Below are positions 9,905 through 18,967 of a stretch of 58,554 bases of DNA, piece by piece. The notes under the pieces are model-generated. The model saw nothing but the letters and a program-made list of their open reading frames with translations. It had not been told where the DNA came from and did not search any database. The DNA lies in the sequence record SRR31156797_4653. The stretch is one strand, 5' to 3'. Positions within the stretch are counted from its first letter, which is position 1. Each line of letters starts with the position of its first letter. The position numbers and the translations under genes are program-made.

Positions 9905-10552
9905 TTATTTGGACGGCTTGGGCTTGCCGAAATATGTTTCGATATCCTTTTCCGTGCGGAATTCGTTTTCGCTGCATGCGTCATAGTGGACGAATTCTTC
10001 CAGCGGGCGCACTTTTTTTGTCGGAGGAGTGTGGTCAGGATAACCAATGGCCATCATTTCGAACAGGACGAGATGCTCCGGGAAGTTCAGGGTTTCCCTG
10101 ATCTTTTGTTCGATGTCGGTAATACGTGAGGCTGTGATCCACATGGTGCCGATACCCATGCTCGTGGCAGCCAAGTGCATGTGCTGGTAAGCCGGGGCCA
10201 GAGTTGCTTCCATGATGTAGCGCCATAATCCTTCGTCATCGCGTACTACCGAGGGGGCCCAGGGCCTGACCCGGTTGTCTCCCAAAAGGAAGAGATAGAC
10301 CGGGGCCTTGGCAAAACCCACGCGGGAAATAGAGTCCACATCGTCTTTGCCCTGAAGATGTTGCGTGATCACATCTTTGGTTTCCGGGTCCTGCACAACA
10401 AGAATTTCCCACGGCTGGGAGTTAAAACCTGAGGGCGCCCAGCGAACTGTTTCCATTATCTTGTCCAAGTCTTCGGACGAAATGGCGTCCGGCTTGAATT
10501 TTCTAATGGTTCTCCTTGTTTTTACTAATTCGAGGAAATTTTCATAATCCAT
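9905..10552 (-). CDS. Nitroreductase family protein
   Basis: RRTIRKF, APSGFNSQPW, LAATSMGIG, AIGYP; AAGGAG RBS before ATG 10552. Confidence 0.92.
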   Translation of the reverse strand: MDYENFLELVKTRRTIRKFKPDAISSEDLDKIMETVRWAPSGFNSQPWEILVVQDPETKDVITQHLQGKDDVDSISRVGFAKAPVYLFLLGDNRVRPWAPSVVRDDEGLWRYIMEATLAPAYQHMHLAATSMGIGTMWITASRITDIEQKIRETLNFPEHLVLFEMMAIGYPDHTPPTKKVRPLEEFVHYDACSENEFRTEKDIETYFGKPKPSK

Positions 10553-10600
10553 GTGTTGCTCCTTTTGTTTATTACTTGTTTGAATTGGCAGTATCTTTAC

Positions 10601-10616
10601 TTGAACGATCGTTCCA
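10601..10616. promoter_or_regulatory. Candidate TetR operator 2 (upstream of nitroreductase)
   Basis: Near-perfect palindrome TTGAACGATCGTTCCA. Confidence 0.75.
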
Positions 10617-10655
10617 GAATTGTGCATAAAAAATGAATATGACTAAAAACCGAAA

Positions 10656-11231
10656 TTAAATGGTCAGTATAGATGTTGCAGTGGCTACAATTCTTTCAAG
10701 TGAATCCTTGTCAGGATTGTTTCGTGCTGCCACTCGCAGGCCGACTAAAGTATTGTAGAAAAATTCAGCCAAGGCTTGAGGGTCTTTGTTAGTACCCTGC
10801 TGTTCCAAGGCTTGTTCAATGGTGTGGCGAAAGATGCCTTCGATCTCAATTTTGTTGGCCTTAAGCATGGCGGCTACATCAGAGTCGCGTGGTGCCAATT
10901 CAGTACTTAAGTTGACAACAAAGCACCCGCGATGTTTGGGGTCGTTCATAATTTCATCAATGAAAATTTCAAACAACCGTTGCATAGCTTCAGCCGGAGG
11001 TTCTGAGTCGAGTATGGTACGAATACGGACAACGCCGTTTCTCAGGTAATGGGATAATGCTGCCAGAAAAAGACTGCGTTTATCTCCAAAGGCATTGTAC
11101 ATGCTCCCACGGCCGATGCCGAGGTGGTCCACAAGGTCTTGAACCGAGGTGTGCTCATATCCTTGCTCCCAAAACAGGTCGAGAGCTTGAACTAGCAGCT
11201 TGTCTGGATCAAATTCTTTTGTTCTTGCCAT
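10656..11231 (-). CDS. TetR/AcrR family regulator (ComR/NemR-like)
   Basis: MARTKEFD, FWEQGYEHTS, SMYNAFGDKRSLF, RGCFVVN. Confidence 0.93.
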   Translation of the reverse strand: MARTKEFDPDKLLVQALDLFWEQGYEHTSVQDLVDHLGIGRGSMYNAFGDKRSLFLAALSHYLRNGVVRIRTILDSEPPAEAMQRLFEIFIDEIMNDPKHRGCFVVNLSTELAPRDSDVAAMLKANKIEIEGIFRHTIEQALEQQGTNKDPQALAEFFYNTLVGLRVAARNNPDKDSLERIVATATSILTI

Positions 11232-11250
11232 GAATTAGAAATAATCATTT

Positions 11251-11266
11251 TGGAATGATCGGTCAA
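11251..11266. promoter_or_regulatory. Candidate TetR operator 1 (autoregulatory)
   Basis: TGGAATGATCGGTCAA, about 20 bp upstream of the tetR start. Confidence 0.7.
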
Positions 11267-11546
11267 GTATTTGTGGAGTATAATTTTTGAGATAGTTTTT
11301 TTGAGCTTCAATACTGTTGAATTCTTGTGGCTTTTTATGGTTGAGATTCTATTAAAACAATGCTGTTGTATAAGAAATTGTGTATTTGCAAATCTCCAAA
11401 CAACTCAACCGCCAGTTCTCATAAAAAATACTACTAATTGTAGAATTGATTAGCAGTGATTTTATATAACTAAATCCTATGTTCCTTGACATGATAGTAT
11501 GTTGTTTAATATTGCAGCATGACAATTATTACTAAGGAAATATATA

Positions 11547-14500
11547 GTGCGCCCATTTCGATTTGCTGCAATTTTACAATTGTTTTTGTCTTTTACAGTT
11601 GCATTTCTGCTGTTCCCCTGCGTTGTTCCGGCCGAAGATAGTGCTTTATCTACGCCCAAGCTCTTTTTCCAGAATCAACAGGTTGATCCCTTGAAAAGCG
11701 CTTTGGGGTCCTCTCTGTTGCAATCAAACACATTCGCCTCGTCCTCTGCAAAATCTGGCGCTCCCAGTCTTTTATCAAAAGATACAACCTCTCGGCGTTT
11801 ATTCTTTTCCGTCCCCACTATAGTGGAAGAATACGATTACTATGTCGTGCAGTTTTCCGGGCCCGTGCAATCTGCATGGAAAACATCTCTCTCTGTTCAG
11901 GGCGCTGTTTTTTATGACTATATTCCGCAATATGCGTTTATCATCAAGCTTGGCACGGCAAAGGTCAGTGCTGTTGAAGGATTTGGGTTTGTTCGTTGGA
12001 TCGGCAAGTATGATGCTGATTTGAGGCTATCCAGTGATGTGTATGACATTACTTCTGGAAAACTTCAGGAGCAGGGCAGTTTTTTAAATATTCGGGTGAT
12101 TGCTTTTCCTGGCGAAAATGTTGATTCACTGGCACACGAAATCCGTTCAGCAGGCGGGACCGTTCTTTCAAGTTATTCATCTGAATGGAATGTACAGCTT
12201 GAAGTTAGAATCTCAATTCAAGAAGTCGGCGGGCTTAAAGAGATCAAGGGTGTTAAATGGATTGAGAAAGCGCCTGAACATCGCACTGACAATAATATTG
12301 CAGTGGGCATAATTGAAGCCCGTTCTGTGCAGGATAAAAAGTGGCCGGTCTCAGGCAGCAAGCTCTTTGGTGAGGGGCAGATTGTTGCTGTTTGTGACAG
12401 TGGAATTGATACTGGAGATACTGGTAATCTACATGCTGATTTCAGTGACGGTCAGGGGGCAAGCAGGGTCATCAACAATACTGTATTTACGGGTTCAAGT
12501 ACTAAGGATTGCAGTGGGCATGGTACTCATGTGGCTGGAATAATTGCTGGAAACGGAATTAAGTCAGGGGCTTCACCAGTTGATAATTCATTTCCCGCCA
12601 GCTGCTATGCCGGGATTGCGCCCAAGGCTAGGCTGTATGTTCAAAGTGTGGGGGCTGCAGGTGGCGGTTCCAGTTTACCTGGAATACCTTCGGATCTGAT
12701 AAAGCTTTTCCAGCCCGCTTTTGATGCTGGTGCCCGTATCCACAGTAACAGTTGGGGGACTTCCGGGGCCGGGGATTACAATAGTGAATGTGTCAGCGTC
12801 GATCAATTCATGTGGAGCAATAAAGAGTTTTTGATTCTTTTTGCAGCGGGCAATGCCGGATATGATAAAGATCAAGACGGTATTATTGATCTTTATTGTA
12901 TTGATACTCCATCCACAGCCAAAAACTGCCTCACTGTAGGTGCTTCTGAATCCTATCGTACTGGAAGCAACGAGGGGTTTGCTGCAAGAAGTTGGGGGTC
13001 ATTCAGGGACTATGCTGATCCTGTGGGTTCTGATGTTACTTCTGATAAGCCATACGGTGTTGCCGCTTTTTCAAGTCGAGGCCCAACCATTGATGGGCGT
13101 TACAAGCCGGAAGTGATTGCTCCGGGCACAAATATTCTTTCAACCCGGTCCTCGGAGCAGTCCGGCAACGGGTGGGGTGCTTTCAATGATGACTATTACT
13201 GGTCCGGGGGAACCAGCATGGCAACCCCGCTGGTGTCCGGTACAGCAGCAGTCTTTCGCGAGTATCTGATTAAGGAGGAAGGCATAGCCGATCCAAGTGC
13301 CGCCCTGATTAAAACAAGTCTTATTCACGGGGCAAATTCACTTGCTCCCGGTCAGTACGGATCAGGGGAAACACAGGAAGTTCACGACGCGCCTGATGAT
13401 GTTCAGGGATGGGGAAGGGTCAACCTTGAGGCATCAATCAATTCTGATGGGCGGTATAAGGTTGAGTATCAGGATATAAAGGATTCACCTCCGACAGATA
13501 ATACTTATTTGCGAAACTTTTCCTTTGAAGTTGAAAATGATGGAAAACCATTTAAAGCGACACTTGGATGGACTGATTATCCGGGATCGACAGCAGTTTC
13601 CGGGGGACTGGTCAATGATCTGGATTTAAGGGTTCAGCAGCCAGACGGAACATGGGTTTACCCTGATAATGCGATCAGTCTTAGTCCTTTGACAAAATAC
13701 GTATATGTTACCGGCGTTAATGGTATCTATAAGGACGACACAATCGGTTTACGGGTTACTCCGCCTTCCTATCCCTGTACTCTTGAGTCGGTTGTTCTTG
13801 CATTTGCTAACAGTGCCAGCGTAACTGAAGAGGTTTCCATTGTTGTTTATCGATATGACGGCGGTGTCGGGGATGAAATTTTTAGAAAGTCATTTGCATA
13901 CATCCCGGCGGGAGAACATGCCTTCCCGGTTGGATTGACCATTACGGATGGTAGCGTGGTGGTTGCTGTAGAAAAAAATGGCACTTCATTCGGTGTTTAT
14001 TACCAGGATGGAAATCCAACTACCCGTGGTTTGATTAAGGTTGGTGGGGTTTGGCAGGAGGCTGCTGTTACGCCTGCGCTGGGAGTTTCTTTCAGGACAA
14101 AAGTGGCAGCAACCAGTTTTGATCGTTTGAATAATACAGTTTCCGTGACGATCGAAAAGCCGCAGAAAGGCACATATAAAGCGGAGATTACAGCTTATAA
14201 TGTCCCTGTCGGTCCGCAACCGTATGCATTAGTGATGAGCGCAATGGTTGGTGATACCCCGACAACAGGAGAAATTGAACTTAATATCGGTCAGCCTGAT
14301 GCACCGACGTCGACATTTTTAAGTAAAGCCCACTCGGCTCGTACTGCTGAAAATGTAAATTCAGTGTATGGAACTGCATTTGATAATGTTTACAGTGATC
14401 AGTCCGCATTTTGCGTGCAGACAGGAGAATGCGGTGTTGTCAGTGTACGGTATGCTGCAACGGGACTACCTTCAGTTAAAGCAGAGGAACTAACTCTCGC

Positions 14501-14843
14501 AAAGCTTTTCAGCAACGGCACTAATAAGCAGTTTCACTACGCAAATTTTGAGGATTATGCGGATGGCAATTGGTGGCTTACAGACGTGTCTGGAAGATTT
14601 ATTGATCCTGTCCGGGAATTGAATGCCACAGCTTCATACTATGTTGTTTCAGTACTTAAGGACGGTGGTCCCTATGATGAGAATCCGGAAGCAGGGGTGA
14701 TAGATGATCCCCAGATACTTGGTGTGAACGGGGCAGGAGGTAGCGGAACCGGGTGTACTGTGGGAATGAATGATGAATATAGTCTGCTTTTCTTGATATT
14801 GATTGCATTGATATCTTTGGTCTTACGACGAAACAATGAATAA
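11547..14843 (+). CDS. Secreted S8 family serine peptidase (KP-43-like) with C-terminal membrane sorting tail
   Basis: Signal peptide; triad VCDSGID, GHGTHVAG, GTSMATP; AAGN; C-terminus GGSGTGC + hydrophobic helix + RR. Confidence 0.92.
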   Translation: MRPFRFAAILQLFLSFTVAFLLFPCVVPAEDSALSTPKLFFQNQQVDPLKSALGSSLLQSNTFASSSAKSGAPSLLSKDTTSRRLFFSVPTIVEEYDYYVVQFSGPVQSAWKTSLSVQGAVFYDYIPQYAFIIKLGTAKVSAVEGFGFVRWIGKYDADLRLSSDVYDITSGKLQEQGSFLNIRVIAFPGENVDSLAHEIRSAGGTVLSSYSSEWNVQLEVRISIQEVGGLKEIKGVKWIEKAPEHRTDNNIAVGIIEARSVQDKKWPVSGSKLFGEGQIVAVCDSGIDTGDTGNLHADFSDGQGASRVINNTVFTGSSTKDCSGHGTHVAGIIAGNGIKSGASPVDNSFPASCYAGIAPKARLYVQSVGAAGGGSSLPGIPSDLIKLFQPAFDAGARIHSNSWGTSGAGDYNSECVSVDQFMWSNKEFLILFAAGNAGYDKDQDGIIDLYCIDTPSTAKNCLTVGASESYRTGSNEGFAARSWGSFRDYADPVGSDVTSDKPYGVAAFSSRGPTIDGRYKPEVIAPGTNILSTRSSEQSGNGWGAFNDDYYWSGGTSMATPLVSGTAAVFREYLIKEEGIADPSAALIKTSLIHGANSLAPGQYGSGETQEVHDAPDDVQGWGRVNLEASINSDGRYKVEYQDIKDSPPTDNTYLRNFSFEVENDGKPFKATLGWTDYPGSTAVSGGLVNDLDLRVQQPDGTWVYPDNAISLSPLTKYVYVTGVNGIYKDDTIGLRVTPPSYPCTLESVVLAFANSASVTEEVSIVVYRYDGGVGDEIFRKSFAYIPAGEHAFPVGLTITDGSVVVAVEKNGTSFGVYYQDGNPTTRGLIKVGGVWQEAAVTPALGVSFRTKVAATSFDRLNNTVSVTIEKPQKGTYKAEITAYNVPVGPQPYALVMSAMVGDTPTTGEIELNIGQPDAPTSTFLSKAHSARTAENVNSVYGTAFDNVYSDQSAFCVQTGECGVVSVRYAATGLPSVKAEELTLAKLFSNGTNKQFHYANFEDYADGNWWLTDVSGRFIDPVRELNATASYYVVSVLKDGGPYDENPEAGVIDDPQILGVNGAGGSGTGCTVGMNDEYSLLFLILIALISLVLRRNNE

Positions 14844-14905
14844 TATTTCCCATTGGACATAAAACCTCCTCAGGTGCTATTTTGCTGTGAACAGGAGAGA
14901 TATAT

Positions 14906-15118
14906 ATGCCCAAAATGGTTATTTACGGTAAACCAACATGACCGCATACCCGGAGAGCGCTGGAAGCGTACCCGGAGGCGAAGTTTGTGGACGTGCTCAT
15001 GTCAGTGGATGACTTGAACAAAATGCTTGAACTTTCCGACGGTAAAAGAAGGGTCCCGGTAATTGTGGAAGATGGTAATGTGACCATCGGATACAATCGC
15101 GGATCTTGAAATATATAA
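14906..15118 (+). CDS. UXX-star type glutaredoxin-like selenoprotein, 70 aa, two Sec (U12, U68); absent from ORF track
   Basis: AGGAG RBS; MPKMVIYGKPT-U-PHTRRALEAYPEAKFVDVLMSVDDLNKMLELSDGKRRVPVIVEDGNVTIGYNRGS-U-NI*; TGA at 14939 and 15107, each followed by a GG-loop hairpin. Confidence 0.9.
14950..14975 (+). promoter_or_regulatory. SECIS candidate for UXX-star Sec12
   Basis: CCGG-aga-GCGCT-GGA-AGCGT-ac-CCGG. Confidence 0.65.
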
Positions 15119-15120
15119 TT

Positions 15121-15137
15121 CCCGGCAGGTTGCCGGG
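15121..15137 (+). promoter_or_regulatory. SECIS candidate for UXX-star Sec68, in the 3' UTR
   Basis: CCCGGCA-GGT-TGCCGGG starting 11 nt after the UGA. Confidence 0.8.
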
Positions 15138-15230
15138 TTAATGACTCATGATGAAATTTATGGTCCTTTTTTGTTTGGTGAATCAGGGGAGCATTTGCGG
15201 TTGTCCGGTTTGCTGTCTATCAGATGGCCT

Positions 15231-16973
15231 TTAGAGCAGAAAGTCGTTCATTTGCAAATAACGAAAACCAATTGTGGCGCGAAAAGGGGGGCGGCCAGGG
15301 GAATATTTATTAAGGAGATCTGCAAATCTTTGCTGCAGGGCTTTTTCTTCCTCACATACAACCCATGTTCCGGAGGTTCTCGCGTACATTTCTTGTACAG
15401 TGGCCAAAAGCTCTTTTTCTGAATTGTCTATTATGTCAACTTCTGCCTCATCAAGTGTCGTTACGGTGCTGATTGAACCTAATCCCCTATCGCAGGCTTC
15501 CCAGAGGCTAAGAATTTTGCCTGTTTTACGACATCTGAATTTTTTGAAAATAACCGTCGCCATCGGGTCAGTAAAGTGGTGAATTGAAAGTACCTCTGGC
15601 ATATTGGCGAATAATACCGGTTTTCTCATAACCAGTGGAATTACATCCGGGCCTGAGACACAAGAAACGTAAAATAAACAGTGCGAACTAAGGTAAAGAT
15701 CAAGAAATTCAGAGTGGTGATAGGCTGCATAGTCTATGATTAACGGATCATCATGTGTAAACGGTTCTTGTACGACTGACCCCATACGTAAAGATGCAAT
15801 TTTTTTTGTGCTAAGCCACTGCATTGCAGGTATGTATGATTTAACATCAATATTGCGATGGTCGTGGTAGTTGGTGTCTGTGTTTTTGAAATGGTTTTCA
15901 AGGTATAGGGGATCTCTGCCTAAGAAACACACGTAGCCGCTTTGTGGGTCAATGTTTTGATCTTTTAGCCACTTACCTGCTGTTGTATGTTCTTCTTCCG
16001 TGTATGAAAATGGAGGAACAGATTGTGCTAAAACGCCATCTTTATCACATGAATTTTCGCTTAAAGTAAGGTCAATTGTTAGATGTTTAAAATTAGGTAC
16101 GTTGTTTAGGGTTGAGTATACAGCTTCCGCAAGGGGAGTAAGTACAATATGTTTTGTCCATAATTGCAGTAAATATTTGTTTGCAATTTTGTTGGGGTGT
16201 GCTGGAAATCCGAATAATAAAGCGTTGTCCTTACCTTCTTTCTTTAGGCGAGCCAGCAATATTGATGGGTTCAGGACTAAGTGTCCTATGCGATTGGTCC
16301 ATATTTTTACAAAATAGATGGGGAAAATGTCTTGTAGGGCTAATGCGCCACTTAGTAAAAATTGGGCTTGTCGAGTTTGGTCTCCGCATCTTTGGGAGTT
16401 GCTGGAGAAAAACATTAAAAATTTGCTGCGTATATGTTCTTCAAAAGTATTACGGCAAATGTCTGCCAAGTTTTCCTTTTCTATCGCTTGCATATGTAAA
16501 CAGTTTGGGCAATGTCCTTTTTGTTTTTGAAAATAATCACTTTTCACATTAGCGCGAAATAAGAATCCGCAACATGAGCATTTTAGTTCAACTACAACTT
16601 TTCCTTTGCCAAGGTAGGGAATAAGCATCCGCTTGACGATAAAATCATTCCCATGTTCTTTCTGGGCGTCAAATTCAGATTGCTTCTGATTCTCACTAAT
16701 AAAGGTATCCAAAACAAGTTTTGGTGAAAAATTTGTAGATAATATTTCGGCTGTGTTCTCAGAGATAGTGCCGGAATTTACTAAATTTTTGGCATGAGGC
16801 GCAATGTGGGGTAATAATTTGCCTGCTATATTATTTTCGCGAAGTGAACATAGGAGTATGAAATGTGACCATAAAGCTTCTGGGGAATTCGTTTTTTGTA
16901 TAGATTCAAGGAGTAGCTCATAAGTGTTTGTTTTCCCTTCGAGAAGTGCAAGTTTCCACAAGTTGTCCAACAT
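15231..16973 (-). CDS. TIGR04372-like putative glycosyltransferase with N-terminal extension
   Basis: RIGHL, ANKYL, RDPLYL..YHDHRNID, LRMGS, LDLYLSSHCLF, IDNSEKEL motifs; CxxC...CPNC in the N-terminal part. Confidence 0.75.
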   Translation of the reverse strand: MLDNLWKLALLEGKTNTYELLLESIQKTNSPEALWSHFILLCSLRENNIAGKLLPHIAPHAKNLVNSGTISENTAEILSTNFSPKLVLDTFISENQKQSEFDAQKEHGNDFIVKRMLIPYLGKGKVVVELKCSCCGFLFRANVKSDYFQKQKGHCPNCLHMQAIEKENLADICRNTFEEHIRSKFLMFFSSNSQRCGDQTRQAQFLLSGALALQDIFPIYFVKIWTNRIGHLVLNPSILLARLKKEGKDNALLFGFPAHPNKIANKYLLQLWTKHIVLTPLAEAVYSTLNNVPNFKHLTIDLTLSENSCDKDGVLAQSVPPFSYTEEEHTTAGKWLKDQNIDPQSGYVCFLGRDPLYLENHFKNTDTNYHDHRNIDVKSYIPAMQWLSTKKIASLRMGSVVQEPFTHDDPLIIDYAAYHHSEFLDLYLSSHCLFYVSCVSGPDVIPLVMRKPVLFANMPEVLSIHHFTDPMATVIFKKFRCRKTGKILSLWEACDRGLGSISTVTTLDEAEVDIIDNSEKELLATVQEMYARTSGTWVVCEEEKALQQRFADLLNKYSPGRPPFRATIGFRYLQMNDFLL

Positions 16974-16989
16974 TTTTTTCTACCTATTC

Positions 16990-17871
16990 TTACTGACCAT
17001 TGCGTGCAATATACTGCAGGCGATTTCCAATTTTAAATTTTTTGGCTGCCGCCCATTGCATACGTTCAATCCATGTAGGGCCACCTTTTTCATAGGCCCC
17101 AATCACTCCCAGAATACCAGTGTGATATTCTAGAGGGGTAAATCCTGATTTTTGAAGCATTGATTTCAAGCTAGAGGGATTGAATTGCCAGATATGATGC
17201 GGTAGCCCCCAACTATGCCCCGGCGGAATCCGAAATCCTGTCAGATTTGGAACTTGTACAAATATCACTCCTCCTGGATTTAACAGGGACTGACAAGAGC
17301 GGAGCACCTCCACAGGAAATTCTAAGTGTTCCAAAACGTCACACATGACAAGGCAATCAAACTTTTTGTCACAGTGGAATTTTTCAACAGGGGTGCCGTG
17401 TACTTTGAGTCCAAATTCCTGTTGTGCATATGTTGCAATCTTTGTGTTGAGTTCTATTCCTTCTACTACGGGAATTGTTTTGCTCGCGTATTTTAGAAAA
17501 AAGCCATAGCCGCAACCAATGTCAAGTAAGCTGTTGATCTTCGGCATAGTGTTTAGCAGTCTTTGCAGTCTTTCTTCAAAGAAAAAATCAAACACAGCGC
17601 GGTGCTTTGTGTAGAAGTTAGGGAAACTCCAGTATTCTATTTTGTCTTTATTTTCGTTGCAGTTTTTTGCTTTAGAAGTGCTGTTAATTTCCTCTTGTTG
17701 TGTGTCTTTGGCAGAGTCATTAAAGAAAAGTTCATTAACTGACTGCCCCATGTATTGCAAATGTGCTAAGCCACAGTTTGAACAACGCATAATAGGAAAG
17801 CCTGATCTTGTTTTCCAGAATACACTTGTCCCCTGTCCGCATGTGGGACATTGGAGTTCTTTGCTGCCCAT
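16990..17871 (-). CDS. Class I SAM-dependent methyltransferase with N-terminal Zn-ribbon
   Basis: CPTC...CSNC, LLDIGCGYG, DVLEHL, QVPN. Confidence 0.9.
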   Translation of the reverse strand: MGSKELQCPTCGQGTSVFWKTRSGFPIMRCSNCGLAHLQYMGQSVNELFFNDSAKDTQQEEINSTSKAKNCNENKDKIEYWSFPNFYTKHRAVFDFFFEERLQRLLNTMPKINSLLDIGCGYGFFLKYASKTIPVVEGIELNTKIATYAQQEFGLKVHGTPVEKFHCDKKFDCLVMCDVLEHLEFPVEVLRSCQSLLNPGGVIFVQVPNLTGFRIPPGHSWGLPHHIWQFNPSSLKSMLQKSGFTPLEYHTGILGVIGAYEKGGPTWIERMQWAAAKKFKIGNRLQYIARNGQ

Positions 17872-17879
17872 TTTTATCC

Positions 17880-18953
17880 CTAAATAAAGTTTACGTGCAT
17901 GGGCACTTTTTTGAGGTCCCAGAGAACTTTGTTAATTTGATGGTGACGGCAGTAGGTCATACATTCTTTGTGTACATCAAGGTCATTTGCAATTTTTCTT
18001 CGCAATTCTACAGCCGCGTCGGAATGCCAGATCTCAGTAAAAGAGGCTTTTGTTAGGTCTCCGTATGCAAATTCTTCTCGTCCAAAAAATGGGCAACATG
18101 TGTAAATTTTAGAATCAGAGGCAACCTGCGCAATAAATGGCAGACCATAACAACGCTCATATTCACGTTCGCCATCGTCAGAGAATGTATTCCAACGGAT
18201 TATGCTTGTGAAAGAGTCAGTAGTTAATTGTTCAGCTTTATTTAGCAGTTCAATGTTTTCATCGCGCAGGGCAAGGGCAGAAACACCTTCTTTGTAGTGT
18301 TCATTTTCTCCATGCAGGCTAAAAGGCTTAAGCACAAAATAGTCAACGCCGATTTCTCGAGAGCGGTAAGCAAGGTCATAGACATCTTTGGCGTTTTCCG
18401 GGAGTAAAACTTGCTGGATGCCAAGGGTTACATCCAGATTGTCTCTGTGCTTAATCTTTACAGCAGCTTCAAGGTTGGCCAATACTGTTGCAATGTTATG
18501 ACTTTTTACCCCGTGTAATTCAGCGTAAATATCGGGATCAAGGGCCATAACACTGGTGCGTAACCATGTCAGGTGCTGTAAGTTGTTTTCTGAAAATTCT
18601 GGGCTTAACAGCTTGCCATTGGTATTCAATGCCATGTCCACGCCGGCATTTTTCCCAGTTGCAATGGCCTTTGTTAGAGCGGGGTGTAAAAGGGGTTCCC
18701 CGTCACCGGCCATCAAACAACTGCGTACTCCCATATCACCCATATCCTGCATCATTTGTACAAGTGTTTCGTCAGGTATAAATGTAGGCTTGTGTCTAGA
18801 GTAATCTGCATAGCAAAATTTACAGCGGTAGTTGCAAGCGTTGGTTGGGCTGATTTCTACATGTACAGGGGCAATATCTATATTCTTTGACCAGTCACTC
18901 AACCGGTCAAGATGATTGAACAGTTTGCATCCATCAAGAAATAATTTGCTCAT
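17880..18953 (-). CDS. Radical SAM protein with SPASM/twitch-like C-terminal domain (paralog A)
   Basis: CNYRCKFC, GDGEP, C-X17-C and CMTYC. Confidence 0.93.
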   Translation of the reverse strand: MSKLFLDGCKLFNHLDRLSDWSKNIDIAPVHVEISPTNACNYRCKFCYADYSRHKPTFIPDETLVQMMQDMGDMGVRSCLMAGDGEPLLHPALTKAIATGKNAGVDMALNTNGKLLSPEFSENNLQHLTWLRTSVMALDPDIYAELHGVKSHNIATVLANLEAAVKIKHRDNLDVTLGIQQVLLPENAKDVYDLAYRSREIGVDYFVLKPFSLHGENEHYKEGVSALALRDENIELLNKAEQLTTDSFTSIIRWNTFSDDGEREYERCYGLPFIAQVASDSKIYTCCPFFGREEFAYGDLTKASFTEIWHSDAAVELRRKIANDLDVHKECMTYCRHHQINKVLWDLKKVPMHVNFI

Positions 18954-18967
18954 CTGTTTACCTATCT

